Source: Eledone cirrhosa (Eukaryota). From it: DNA of 64,000 nt. Of the stretch, positions 25,912 through 39,350 are shown in pieces (the stretch's first letter is position 1; each line of letters starts with the position of its first letter). A program made the translations under genes and the position numbers. The notes beneath the pieces are model-generated. The model did not search any database. It saw only the letters and a list, made by a program, of their open reading frames with translations, and was not told where the DNA came from. Where the stretch lies: NCBI GenBank assembly GCA_964016885.1, contig OZ024741.1:353152001-353216000 (forward strand), in the 5' to 3' direction.

Positions 25912-28788
25912 CGGGTTGCAGGTGGCGGATAGCGATACGGTCACCAGATATGATGGCTAGCTGTGATAAGCGGGCATTGCAGGACGAATAAAGAACCCCA
26001 GACCAACAGCGGTAAAATTATAAGGGAGAGGAAGCAATGAGTGATATTGTTAGATCCCAAGAAAACTCTCACAACACAGATGAAGCGAGTAAAGGCGTCC
26101 ACTAAAAAAGCCTAATTTTCGTTAGTCTGAGAAAAATATCAAGTTGGTGACTGGCGCAAAGTAGTCCACGCAACCACTGCAATATGATTAGATACAACAA
26201 AATAATTCATACCGCATCGTCTTTCGCGCGGAATAATAAGGGATGAGCTCAGGCCTTAGGTAGAGGGGGCCTGTTCGAAAAATATATTACAGTCTCTATC
26301 CAACGCTGCAAGAACTCGCGATGGGACTGCGATCTATCCTGGAAGGCGTGGAATGAACGCACAAAAGTTGTGTATCCCGAAAGCCCCCAAAAGATCCAAA
26401 CGGAAGTAATCCTTAACAATTGACAACTGGAACGCTAAAGCACAGGTAAAATGCAGGAACTAGTGGATGGGATCAAATGCTATCGGCTAGACACAGTTTC
26501 ACTTGCACTGGTAAAGTAGATTTGGATGGAGCATGGAAACAATATTCAGGTGTGGTGCCAGAGACGACTGCAAAGATGGGAGTGGGGATACTTACGAGTC
26601 ATCGGCTGTCGGAATGTGTTATGGATTGGGAGGGAGGATTTGCCACTTCAAGCTTAGGCTGACAAAAAGGTCTCTGTGAGTGGTGCGCTAAACAGAAAGT
26701 TCGAATACAGATCCTTTCTTGATGACATTACTGCAATGTTACATGCAGTGAATCATATAACTTAATGGGAAGCGATGTTAGCACCAACCACCTGATATGC
26801 AAAAGAGTGACTGGAAAGGATCTTGATCTAAATGGAGAGGCATTATTCTTCCAGTACAAAAACCTCCTTAATTACACATTGTATAAAGGAAATAGGGTAC
26901 AGAGATCAATAACTGATTTTATTATTGTCTCTGATCTCTGATTTTGTCCTAGATGTTCGTTCTAAGAGGGGTTGAGCTTTCAACTCATCATCATCTAGTT
27001 ATCTGCAGCCGCAGGCTACTTAAATACAAGCAAACTCACAAAACTGGCAGGTCCAGCTCGACCTACAGGATAAAGAGGAAAGCACTGGCTAATAAAGAGG
27101 TCACTACTAGACATGCGGATACTATGCAGAATCGAAACTGTTCAGCTCAACAGTTTCCGCTTCAGCTGTTTAATGCTGCGGGCGAAAGTGGCTTGGTGTG
27201 ATGCCGGGTAACAAGAGGTCAAATGTGTCATCCAAGCAAAAAAAAAAAAAAAAAAGCTTACAAAGCTTGGAATGGAACTAAGTCCTGCTTTTTTCTCTCA
27301 CAGTACAAACAGGAGCGAAGAGATACAGCAGAGACAGAAATGGTGTCCAAAGAAGTACTTTGTGGTTAAGCTGGAATTCATATTCAGATCAGCAAATCAA
27401 GTATTTTGGCAGACCGTCGCTGACTTCGTAATAAGAAGTACTCCACCACTTCATGCATATGGAGTTCTCTCTCCAGAGAGAAGCCTCCTCGCGAGGTGGA
27501 GAATACACTACTGCTTATGTAACCAGGGTCATAATATCTGATGTACATTAGGTGCATCTGGCAGCGATGAGTGACCTCTCGGAGGCTGAAGTCACAAAAG
27601 CAATTAAAGAGTTCGTATATGGCAAAACCTCTGGGGGCGATGAAATTGTGGATGGCTTAGATTTCTGGAAAGACACCTAAGCAATGTCAATCGGAAGTGA
27701 TAATCACAATTTTCTAAAAGGGAGACAAAGATTATTCTAATTATACAGGTATCTTCTTGTTAAGCCTCTTCGGTAAAGTCTATGTTATGTATCTGGCAAA
27801 GTGAAGCAGGGATATTGTCAAGCTCATGCTAGCTAACTTACTGTGATATTTGCACCGGATGCAGCACAACCGACCAAATATTCACCCTGGCAGTTCTTCG
27901 AGAAATCGTGAGAGTATTTCGAAGAGATGTATGCTTGTTTCATAGACCTTGAAAATGCATGACTGCGTTCCACAGGACTTGTGGAAAGTTTTGCAGAAGT
28001 ATGGGATCAATGGACAGCTTCTTGCTGCTCTGAAATATTTATGCGAATGCCCTAGCATTTGTGTTCGGATAAATGGTCCTAACTCGACACCCTTCAATGT
28101 AATTGTCTGACTTCGCCAATGATGAGTACTGTCAACCCTTATGTTCATAATCTTCCTGAATAGGATTGACATGCGCAGTTAGATTGGAAATGATATCAAG
28201 ACAAGTGAGTGTAGGATCAATCAGCTGGAATTTGCAGACAACATGGTATTACTTAAATCGCGAGAAGGTGATCTCGGACATTCACCGATCTCCGACATGA
28301 CCGCCGTGTGCTGCACAGTAGGAACGAAAATCAGTGCTGTGAAGACTGAGATACTCGTCCTCTCAAGGAAGCCTGCGCTGTGAACTCTAAATATGAGTGG
28401 GGTTCCACGGGTATCTCGGTGTCGTGTTCACGAGTGATGGGTGACAGGACGTTGAATTAAGTACAGGAATTGCTGAAACTGGCGTATTACTAGACCAGCA
28501 GTAATGCGCCTGTTTTAGTATTCGCTCATCAAAAGAAAGGAGTCAGGTGTAAAAGCCAAATTCGGTATCTTTATTTAAATATTCGTACCAACCTTTACAT
28601 ATGGTCATGAATCATGGGTAATGACCGAAAGAATACGATCGCGATTACAAGCGACCGAAATGGGGTTCCTGCGTAGCCCGAATATTAGGAATCGTTCCAG
28701 GTAGATCACATCTCTGCTACTACGGACATGTGGTCAGAATATCCAAGGAAAGAATCACCAGAAAGATTTTACGGACAAAACCAACCTA
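25912..28788 (+). pseudogene. Decayed RTE-clade LINE (APE + RT), many stops and frameshifts
   Basis: GVGILTS (APE), GVELSTHHHLV, ANQVFWQTV, STTDQIF..EKS.EY..CFIDLE, PTFTYGHESWVMTER. Confidence 0.8.
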
Positions 28789-29249
28789 CAGTAACCATTA
28801 TTTAAATATTTTATCATTTATTTTCCATGTTTCACTATCTATTCAAGACATATATAATACATTCATTATTTCTTATTTCTGAGTTCAAATCCCGCCGAGG
28901 TTGACTTTGCCTTTCATCCTTACGGGATCGATAAAATAAAGTACCAGTAATACACTGGTTAATTGCTGGCCTTGTGCCTAAAGTGGAAACAATTATTTCT
29001 TATTTCTTTAGACTGTTATATTTTGTTTATATTTGAATAAGTTTCGGATTTTATTTATTTATTTATCTATTTATTTATTTATTTATATATTTATTTATTT
29101 ATTTATCTATTTATTTATACTTTTACTGTGTATTTGTTTCTGGCTTTGTTTCTCTATCTCGGTCTCTTATTTCACTATATTATTACTTCGTGATCTTATT
29201 TAGTTTTTCTTTTTTTTTTAAATGTTTCATTTATGCGTTATATACAGTT

Positions 29250-29368
<119 letters not shown>

Positions 29369-29494
29369 ATACTTTGGGAGGGTCATGTTGCCAATAAGAA
29401 ACACACGCACCAGTTGCCTTCACTTCAATTTATTATAAATTTATAAATTTCTGGTTGGTTGGTTGGTTCCACAACCAGATAGTTGTTTATATAT

Positions 29495-29539
29495 AGTCAT
29501 AGTTCTTTCGTCACACACTCTGTGACCTCTTCAGTGACT
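29495..29539 (-). ncRNA. Type I minimal hammerhead ribozyme (family 1)
   Basis: AGUCA-CUGAAGA-G-GUCACA.GAGUG.UGUGAC-GAAA-GAAC-UA-UGACU. Confidence 0.78.
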
Positions 29540-29739
29540 GGGGATTCCCTTCTTTGTTTCTGTGCCTCTCCTTTGTTCTGTCCTACGCCATTTTGTTTCT
29601 GTGTGTGTGTTGTGTGCTCAGTCTGCGCATGCGCCACATCCAGGTGTCTGTGTGTGTTTATGTTCATTTATTTATTTGTTTATTTACATGTTACTGGTTG
29701 GTTGTTTGTTCTATGTGTGTGTGTGTTTTCATTTTGTCC

Positions 29740-31089
29740 TTAATTGTAAGTTGTGATGTTGCTGTTCCACTCGTATTTTCTATTTAATTTTGGTTGTAAT
29801 TCTTTTATGTTTATTGCCTCTGTAATTTGTCTAAACATTGCGTCTTTTCTGTGTGTAGATTCTATTTTTATTTCTATGTTCTCTAATTTACCCTTGTGTT
29901 CTATCTTAGCATGTTGGTAGAGTACAGATGATTCTTTATTATCTTGAAGGTCTCGCCAGTGTTCATTTATCCGTTCCCCTACACTACGAGCTGTCTCACC
30001 TATGTACATTATATTTTTGTCTCTACATTGTCCTTCAGTACATCTTATGCTATACACTACATTTCTAGTTTTACAGTTAATATGGGGGCTTATTTTACAG
30101 GTTATACATTTCTTATCTATACATGAGGGTCTTTGAAAAGGGTGTGTCTTGCTAATAAGTGTTTTTACGGAGGTACCTGGTCTTTCTACTATCTTAATAT
30201 TGAGTTTATGTTTATTTAGGGCCCTTCTAAATGTGTAAGCTAATTCACCTCTAGGGGTTGTATTGATGAACATTAGACTCTGGTATTTATTGCTATCATA
30301 CCATGAGTTTATTCTATTAGCCTTGCTCCTAGTTCTTTCTATTCTATTCCAAAATTTGCTCCTATACAAGGGGCAGGTCCCATTTATGTCATTATTTACC
30401 ATTTTTTCCCATTTGGTTCTGGCTCCTCTATACACTCTGATTTTATCTCTCTGATTGTAGCCAGAGAACTGCATACGGTGGATGAAGTGTTGTATGTGTC
30501 TCTCTAGTTCTTCGGGGTTGCACATGCGGGACACATTTCTCATCACCCGTACCAAATCCTCAATCAGTATGTTGATTTTGGTATGGTCCGAAATGGCCGA
30601 GTTTCGGTGGATCAGATGTTTGGAAGTCATGGGTTTGGCATAATGGGAATGGAGGATTTGTTTTTTGTTGTTAATGGTATCTAACCAGAGCTCTGTGTCT
30701 AGTACAGGTAATCGATGGTTGGGGTGTTTACTTGGGTAGTCTATAGTAACTCTAATGCTCTGGTGGATGGAGTTTGCTATTTGCTGGATGCTTTCCATTG
30801 TGTTTTTCTCTAGTTCCTGACTGTTCTCTAGTGGGGGTGTCTTAACTACGATGTTTATATCATCTACGTAGCAGGAGTACATTATCAGGGTTAAGGGGTC
30901 TTCTAATTGTTCTTTAAGTTTAAGTTTAAGTCTACTGTCCCACCATACCATGAATAAGTTAGCTATGTCGCCTGCAATACTAACACCAATGGCTGCTCCT
31001 TCCTCTTGGGCATATGTTTTTCCATTAAATTTGAACATATGTTCCTTAAGGGTTAGTTTTATGCTGGCCCCTACCGCATGTGCAATCAT
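29740..31089 (-). pseudogene. Inverted duplicate of the RT C-terminal half + GIY-YIG
   Basis: Translation nearly identical to the last ~449 aa of 31078-33681; RYVDD changed to CYVDD. Confidence 0.9.
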
Positions 31090-33681
31090 TTTCTTCAGTT
31101 CATCGTGGTTTTCGGGTGTCCGTATGGCTCTGGTCTACCCGTTCACACAGACACACAAAATAGGGTAGATAACAACAATGAGCCATTGGAAAGAGACAGG
31201 AGTAATTATGAGAGACATAGAAACAACCATGAGGCTGTTGGTGGAAATAGAAATAGAAACAACACAACTAACAATAACAATAGCACTAGTACACATAAAG
31301 CAGCAGCCTGGACCTCTACGTTTTATAATCCCTCCGATAAATCATTCGACCTGCGACGAGTCCACGCCACGACTTTACCATTTAACAAACGCACGCAATT
31401 GCCGTCGCAGGTCGATGAACAAACTGAAGCACAATTTAGTATAGCTAGATCCGAACTTAGAAATATTATAGAACAGTATAGCAAGAAACATAATAGAATG
31501 GAGGCCCAGCAACTGGGAGAAAAATCTGCAAATGGCTTGCGTAAGCTCATGCAGCGCTCACGTAATGGAGAGATAGCATGCTTTCCAACAGACAAGTCTG
31601 GCAGAATGTCGGTTGACAGCCTGCCAAATTACATCCAGGCAATGCAACCCCACATCACTAACACAAGAGAGGTAACACCACATGAGGATAGAGAAAAAGC
31701 CCTCAATGCCGATATGGTGATGTGGACGAATATAATGCACCCCAACAAAAGGACTGCCAACAACTTCCAGGCCTGGAACAATGACGTGCCGGCGTTGTAT
31801 GGGCTTCGAAAAGAAACGGGCTGTGACCCTGTCGCGGGACCACCAACACGGCCAGTCTGTGGGGCTAACATTGCTAGTAACTACAGACTGTCCTACTTCC
31901 TCTCCCTGATCATACACCCCATCATTGAAATGTCCCCAGATGTATGTGACAGCACGGAGGACCTCCGCAGCAGAATCGGCGTGAGTAACCGATCTGGGGA
32001 CCTAACAAACTGCATAATAGGCAGTATGGATGTTGTGTCCCTGTATCCATCTATTGACGTGGATTTTGCTATGGAGAAATGCGTAGAAATGATCAGTGAG
32101 AGCAAGGTTGAGTTCCGTGGGATTGATACCAGTGAGCTGGGACTCCTACTTAAGCTCACCTATAGTAATAGTTACCTAGACACATATGACCTTAGCAACC
32201 TGTGCCCTACAAGACCAGCAAGAGGCAGACCACCTACCATTACCTCAATGGCCAAGAAAACCCACACAGATAGATGGAACGGGTGGACCAGAGCCATACG
32301 GACACCCGAAAACCACGATCAACTGAAGAAAATAATTGCACATGCGGTAGGGGCCAGCATAAAACTAACCCTTAAGGAACATATGTTCAAATTTAATGGA
32401 AAAACATATGCCCAAGAGGAAGGAGCAGCCATTGGTGTTAGCATTGCAGGCGACATAGCTAACTTATTCATGGTATGGTGGGACAGTAGACTTAAACTTA
32501 AACTTAAAGAACAATTAGAAGACCCCTTAACCCTGATAATGTACTCCCGCTACGTAGATGATATAAACATCGTAGTTAAGACACCCCCACTAGAGAACAG
32601 TCAGGAACTAGAGAAAAACACAATGGAAAGCATCCAGCAAATAGCAAACTCCATCCACCAGAGCATTAGAGTTACTATAGACTACCCAAGTAAACACCCC
32701 AACCATCGATTACCTGTACTAGACACAGAGCTCTGGTTAGATACCATTAACAACAAAAAACAAATCCTCCATTCCCATTATGCCAAACCCATGACTTCCA
32801 AACATCTGATCCACCGAAACTCGGCCATTTCGGACCATACCAAAATCAACATACTGATTGAGGATTTGGTACGGGTGATGAGAAATGTGTCCCGCATGTG
32901 CAACCCCGAAGAACTAGAGAGACACATACAACACTTCATCCACCGTATGCAGTTCTCTGGCTACAATCAGAGAGATAAAATCAGAGTGTATAGAGGAGCC
33001 AGAACCAAATGGGAAAAAATGGTAAATAATGACATAAATGGGACCTGCCCCTTGTATAGGAGCAAATTTTGGAATAGAATAGAAAGAACTAGGAGCAAGG
33101 CTAATAGAATAAACTCATGGTATGATAGCAATAAATACCAGAGTCTAATGTTCATCAATACAACCCCTAGAGGTGAATTAGCTTACACATTTAGAAGGGC
33201 CCTAAATAAACATAAACTCAATATTAAGATAGTAGAAAGACCAGGTACCTCCGTAAAAACACTTATTAGCAAGACACACCCTTTTCAAAGACCCTCATGT
33301 ATAGATAAGAAATGTATAACCTGTAAAATAAGCCCCCATATTAACTGTAAAACTAGAAATGTAGTGTATAGCATAAGATGTACTGAAGGACAATGTAGAG
33401 ACAAAAATATAATGTACATAGGTGAGACAGCTCGTAGTGTAGGGGAACGGATAAATGAACACTGGCGAGACCTTCAAGATAATAAAGAATCATCTGTACT
33501 CTACCAACATGCTAAGATAGAACACAAGGGTAAATTAGAGAACATAGAAATAAAAATAGAATCTACACACAGAAAAGACGCAATGTTTAGACAAATTACA
33601 GAGGCAATAAACATAAAAGAATTACAACCAAAATTAAATAGAAAATACGAGTGGAACAGCAACATCACAACTTACAATTAA
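31078..33681 (+). CDS. PLE reverse transcriptase + C-terminal GIY-YIG endonuclease (5'-truncated; first ~22 codons come from the inverted arm)
   Basis: TDKSG, RPVCGA, SMDVVSLYPSID, FKFNGKTYAQEEGAAIG, RYVDD, LPVLD; Cys linker CIDKKCITC..C; NVVY..C...C..YIGET.R..ER..EH, H..H, EA..I, LNRK. Confidence 0.92.
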   Translation: MCNHFLQFIVVFGCPYGSGLPVHTDTQNRVDNNNEPLERDRSNYERHRNNHEAVGGNRNRNNTTNNNNSTSTHKAAAWTSTFYNPSDKSFDLRRVHATTLPFNKRTQLPSQVDEQTEAQFSIARSELRNIIEQYSKKHNRMEAQQLGEKSANGLRKLMQRSRNGEIACFPTDKSGRMSVDSLPNYIQAMQPHITNTREVTPHEDREKALNADMVMWTNIMHPNKRTANNFQAWNNDVPALYGLRKETGCDPVAGPPTRPVCGANIASNYRLSYFLSLIIHPIIEMSPDVCDSTEDLRSRIGVSNRSGDLTNCIIGSMDVVSLYPSIDVDFAMEKCVEMISESKVEFRGIDTSELGLLLKLTYSNSYLDTYDLSNLCPTRPARGRPPTITSMAKKTHTDRWNGWTRAIRTPENHDQLKKIIAHAVGASIKLTLKEHMFKFNGKTYAQEEGAAIGVSIAGDIANLFMVWWDSRLKLKLKEQLEDPLTLIMYSRYVDDINIVVKTPPLENSQELEKNTMESIQQIANSIHQSIRVTIDYPSKHPNHRLPVLDTELWLDTINNKKQILHSHYAKPMTSKHLIHRNSAISDHTKINILIEDLVRVMRNVSRMCNPEELERHIQHFIHRMQFSGYNQRDKIRVYRGARTKWEKMVNNDINGTCPLYRSKFWNRIERTRSKANRINSWYDSNKYQSLMFINTTPRGELAYTFRRALNKHKLNIKIVERPGTSVKTLISKTHPFQRPSCIDKKCITCKISPHINCKTRNVVYSIRCTEGQCRDKNIMYIGETARSVGERINEHWRDLQDNKESSVLYQHAKIEHKGKLENIEIKIESTHRKDAMFRQITEAINIKELQPKLNRKYEWNSNITTYN

Positions 33682-33786
33682 GGACAAAATGAAAACACAC
33701 ACACACATAGAACAAACAACCAACCAGTAACATGTAAATAAACAAATAAATAAATGAACATAAACACACACAGACACCTGGAGGTG

Positions 33787-33835
33787 GCGCATGCGCAGAC
33801 TGAGCACACAACACACACACAGAAACAAAATGGCG
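33787..33835 (+). promoter_or_regulatory. Candidate pLTR promoter: NRF1-like GCGCATGCGCA + YY1-like AAAATGGCG
   Basis: Motifs at 33787-33797 and 33827-33835, just upstream of the hammerhead; the YY1-like motif is kept in the diverged copy at 9799-9807. Confidence 0.4.
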
Positions 33836-33881
33836 TAGGACAGAACAAAGGAGAGGCACAGAAACAAAGAAAGGAATCCCC

Positions 33882-33926
33882 AGTCACTGAAGAGGTCACA
33901 GAGTGTGTGACGAAAGAACTATGACT
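33882..33926 (+). ncRNA. Type I minimal hammerhead ribozyme (family 1 3' UTR/pLTR)
   Basis: AGUCA-CUGAAGA-G-GUCACA.GAGUG.UGUGAC-GAAA-GAAC-UA-UGACU, about 200 nt after the stop codon. Confidence 0.78.
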
Positions 33927-34136
33927 ATATATAAACAACTATCTGGTTGTGGAACCAACCAACCAACCAGAAATTTATAAATTTATAAATTTATTATAAA
34001 TTTATTATAATAAATTGAAGTGAAGGCAACTGGTGCGTGTGTTTCTTATTGGCAACATGACCCTCCCAAAGTATAACAATATCGGTTTCAACACACGATT
34101 TCAGATAAAGAATCTTGCTAAACAAATTCAGAAACG

Positions 34137-34178
<42 letters not shown>

Positions 34179-34204
34179 GTGGTTACACAACAGTTAGTTC
34201 ATCA

Positions 34205-34247
34205 TACCGAGAACAATTGTTTCACCTTAGCGGATCCTCAGCTCGTA
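34205..34247 (-). ncRNA. Type I minimal hammerhead in a ~95-bp element between (TA)n tracts
   Basis: CGAG-CUGAGGA-U.CC.GCUAA.GG.U-GAAA-CAAUUG-UU-CUCG; palindromic ACAAUUGU; adjacent foldback TCCTCAGCTCGTAATATTACGAGCTGAGGA. Confidence 0.7.
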
Positions 34248-34709
34248 ATATTACGAGCTGAGGAGCTGCTATATATATATATACAACGCATAAATGAAAC
34301 ATGTGTGTGTGCATGTATGTATGTATACATGTATGTATATATGAGTGTGTGTATGTATATTTATATATATATATATATATATGTAAATGTATATACAAAT
34401 AAATACAGTATATATATATGTATGTGTGTGTGTTTGTGTGTTTTTGTGTGTGTAATGTGTGTAGTTAGATAGATAGGTAGGTAGATCGATGTAGATATTT
34501 ATAGTAGTGAATCTGTTGCTAATTACATCCAGACAACTAGATACACTGCTGCTACATCAACAGCGTCCGTCCACAAAATCAAATAAATTGATTATGTAAT
34601 CAGAATTTGTTATCTATAATCTATATGTGTGCAATATATAAATGTACAGTTTATATGATTGCATGTGTGTAAGCTTGCGTGTTTTGACTTCATACACACA
34701 CACACACAC

Positions 34710-34749
<40 letters not shown>

Positions 34750-34925
34750 CTAAAAGCGCCACCGTCGCTGAAACTTCGAAGTTGCTGCCACATTATTTAT
34801 CACGAAATATGTATTGAGTACTCATTCAGTTAAATTTTGATAGTTTTATATGTAAACATTAAACACACACACGTCCGCACCCCCCCCCCACATATATATA
34901 TATATACATAGATATGTGTGTGTTT

Positions 34926-35055
34926 ATCCCGGGTTCAACCGGGGGTAACCCCAGTATGTTAGGTACTCAATATATAGCAGAGTATAAATATTTAATATAG
35001 AAATGGGGTCTACAGGACTAGAACTGTTTCATTCGGAAGAAATCCTGTAGAAGCC

Positions 35056-35061
<6 letters not shown>
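34926..35061 (-). mobile_element. Hairpin+tail element (family C)
   Basis: Arms 34999-35017 and 35043-35061; homologous to 51513-51654 and 3613-3664. Confidence 0.65.
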
Positions 35062-35144
<83 letters not shown>

Positions 35145-35150
35145 CACACA

Positions 35151-35251
<101 letters not shown>

Positions 35252-36444
35252 GGGGAGGATGACTGACATATATTTACATATATATTTCTACCTATATATG
35301 TGTATATAATATACATGAGCTATAAATATATGTAACTTAATTTCTCTATTTTTGTTCTTAGGTTTTTATATACTCATTCGTTTATTTTTATATCTCGTTT
35401 GTGTGTTTATTCCGCTCATAATTACTTAATTGCATCTATAATTAATTATTTATTGTCTTTTCATAAGACAGAGAACCATAATAATCGAGATATTAAGCGC
35501 AAAATCCTCAAAATAACAAAAAGCATCGAAAAGTAAATTACTGAAATCCATCCACTATAGGGCATTGTTATTTTTATCTCAAAGTATGTTCACAGAAAAA
35601 CAAAGTGAAATTTTTATTTTTGTTGATTTATTTCTCCTTTTTGTTATGATTTTTTTTTTTTTTGCTATATATATGATTTTTTTTTTTTTCCTATAAACTC
35701 AGAAATATATTCAATAACTTGTTTTTTTTCGTGTTTTGTGAACATCCATACATTTTATTTTATTTTTCTCTTTCTATCGTCCAAACGTTTTACGCTCCTC
35801 TTGTGCCTTTGATTTTTGTAGAAGTTTGTGTTCTGCTGAATATATATAGAACGTGTGTATCAGTTGTTCGGACAACGAAACGACCTGTTGATGAAATTTA
35901 CATGCAAATGGTTGGGCATTCCACTGACACGTACACCTTTTAACATAGTTCTCACTGAGATTCACTTTGACACAAGTTGTGACAAGACTGGCACTTTCAA
36001 TTGCAGGTACAATTCATTTTCTCCAACCGAGTAGACAGGAGCTACGTGATATAAAGTGCTTTTCTCAAGGGCACATCGCCAGGTCCGAGAATTGAAATCA
36101 TGACTACGATCAAGAGTCTAACACCCTAACCACTTAGCCACGCACTTTCACATAAAAATTTATTGTATATAAAATGGGATTTACATCAGAACTAAAATTT
36201 ATAACATCTACAATTTTATGACGACATGTTACTACTACAGAGCTGAGGGCAGAAACTTTAGCCTGTCTGCAATAAGAACACCATAGTTTCTATGACAACA
36301 TTATCCGAGTTCTTTGCTTCTGTCTTGCTTTACAGTATTCGTTCAGGCTCTCTGAGCTCTGGGTTTCAATCCCGCGGAGAATAAATGTGCCTCTCTTGTT
36401 TTCAAGTTCGATAAAAAAAAGTACCAGTCTAGTACTGAAGTCGA

Positions 36445-36510
<66 letters not shown>

Positions 36511-37491
36511 ATCTATCTCTTTTTTCTCTCTATCTATCTATCTCTCTGTCCCCCTCGCTCACTCCTTTCTTTCCTTCTCTGGAAAAGAATCGGGTGTGTT
36601 AAAAACTGGAGAGGGATGAGTGTCACTTAATTGAAACTTGCAGAAATGGCCATGCTCACGCAACACGGGAAAGTCGTTTAGATCAATTGATGGCTCGACT
36701 TGAAGTTTTTTTTATGTGAAGAAAAAGCCTTGCACTGGACAAATCCCACTATGTGAACAATGGTTATCATCATTCAAAAATAACTGGCCAACATCCCTGT
36801 GTAACATACATACATACATGCATAATACATACATACATACATAAATACATACATACATACATATATATATATATACATGATGGCTGCAACACGATTTCGA
36901 GTAATGCCATCGCTTGATACTTAAGCATCGCAACACGGACATGAATTTTTAGTCTTGCCTATGGTCAGCAATACCATGTATCGCAAAATATGTCACGTAT
37001 CAAGCGATGCCTGTTCTTGGAGATTTTTCAAGGGAAGAAAGGCTTTGCACGGGGCCAATCCCACGCTCTGAACATCAAATGCCCAAAAAGAACTAGTCTA
37101 CATCATTAGATGCAAACGAATTTGCAGGTTTTATATTTGTGAGGTTCTAAAGAGATGTCTTAATGAAGATTAGGAGTCTCGCGGTCCCCCCCAAAACATC
37201 TTTATTGGATGGCTGTTGACTCTCCTGAGTTGCGCCGCCCTTTGACGTGTCTAGTTTTTTATCCCACAGTGTGTCCAAAAGCTGGGGTTGCCGGTTTAGT
37301 CGCCGATTAAAGTTGTACTGGGTTACATGTTACCATTAGCGTGGAAAAATGACATGGCATGCATGCATACGTACATACATGCATACATTCATACATACAT
37401 ACGTGCATACATTCATACATACATACATGCATACATTCATACATACATATATACATGCATGTATACATACATACATACATACATACATACA

Positions 37492-37525
<34 letters not shown>

Positions 37526-37574
37526 CATACATACATACATACATACATACATAGATAGATGTATAGAGGGGATA

Positions 37575-38370
37575 AACCACTAAAAAAGCCTGGCATGGAG
37601 TTCCGACAAGTTTATGACATCACACCTTGAGGGATATCTCTATGCAATACAGGAACAAGAACTCCCTACCAAATATCTGCTGCACAAAAGAGGAGGGCCA
37701 TCTGCTGACAATAAATGTAGGCTATGTAAAACAAAGATCGAGGATGTAAGCTACATTGTTGCCAGCTGCGAAAGAATGTCATCTCCCTACTACCTCCCCA
37801 TGAGACACGATGGGATAGCTAGAACCATCTGGGACGCACTTCGGAAAACAAAATTAACAACAAACGAGGAAGAATATATTGAGACAGATGGCACTAAGGA
37901 ATACTGGTGGAACCTGAAAATAAAAACTGCCACCAAATTAAAGCACAACCGGCCTGATATTGTAGTTTGGGACCACACATTGAAAACGTGTTCTGTTGTG
38001 GAGATCAGCTGCCCACTTGATGTAAACGTTGTCAGAAAAATACAGGAGAAGGAGGACATCTACGGACCATTGATGAGGAGTTTACAAATCCAGTATCCAA
38101 GATACACCTTTAACTTCATACCCATCATTATTGGAGCTACGAGTTATATACCAACCCACTTGGACCAAAGTATGACTGAACTTGGATTTACGGACAAAAA
38201 GCGCAGCTCCCTAATTCATAGTCTACAAATGGTTGCGATAGCTGGCACCTTCAAAATTTGCAAAACATTCTTGCGATTCAAGGGATGACAATTTCTTTTC
38301 TTTTACAACCTTGCCATCAGGAAGGTGGCCAGTCAAAAAAATATACTCGAAATTAAGAGAAAGCGATAAC
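37575..38370 (+). mobile_element. 5'-truncated R4/Dong-type non-LTR element (CCHC-like knuckle + restriction-like endonuclease) in (CATA)n
   Basis: ORF 37614-38288: AIQEQ, CRLC..E...IVASC, RHD, NRPDIVV, VEISCP, K..K...Y; the 3' UTR runs into CATACATA. Confidence 0.88.
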
Positions 38371-38805
38371 ATACATGCATACATACATACATACATACAC
38401 ATACTTACATACATAGCATGTGTGTTTATATATATGTATGTCAGTGCGTGTGCGTGTGTGTGTGTGTACATGTATGTGTATGCGTGTATGAAAGTGAAGA
38501 ATTATCGAAGTATGTTGATTTTAAAACTTTTTCGAATGGTTGTTTTCACTGTAATGAAATGCCACTTGGCTATTTCTATAGCAACTAGCTAAGTGGAATG
38601 GAGCAACGTGAAATAAATTGTCTAGATCAAAGACACAACGCACCCGTCAGCCTCGCCAGCCTATGAATCGAACTCAAGATCTTATGGTAGTGACCCCAGT
38701 ATTCTAGCTTTTAAGTCACACGCCATCACTAGCACACACACACACAAACTTATTTATATATATATATACAGAGGTATCCACAGTAAGTTGTGGGGTCTAT
38801 TCTAT

Positions 38806-39009
38806 ATGAAGAACTCGATGTAATCCATATGTTGAAAATGTTGTAGGTTAAGATAAATCTCGGAAAACAATCTTTATCTGATAGTTTGTAACTAACCTTA
38901 CATAGATCAATAACTGAGTATAGCTACAATGTATTATCATCATCTAGAAACGATCGTAAAGCAGTGAAGTATATCTCTAATGACTTGATTTTTTATTTCA
39001 TTGTTTTAA

Positions 39010-39010
<1 letters not shown>
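38806..39010 (+). mobile_element. Diverged family H-like 3' end with degenerate long-stem-II hammerhead
   Basis: Shares TCTGATAGTTTGTAA..TTACATAGATC and CTAGAAACGATCGTAAA with 13305-13443; core reads AUGAAGA. Confidence 0.5.
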
Positions 39011-39077
<67 letters not shown>

Positions 39078-39270
39078 CGTATATATATATATATATATAA
39101 ATATACGAAGAAACAGGAGGTATGTAGTTGCCGGATAAGGTGTACTTATAAATAAGAGGAAAGCATGAACGGGAGAAAATTTTCCTTCATCAGTTGTCTG
39201 CTGGGGGTCATGGATATTTCTACGCATTAAAGACAATACACACACACACACGCACACACACACAGATGTA

Positions 39271-39350
<80 letters not shown>

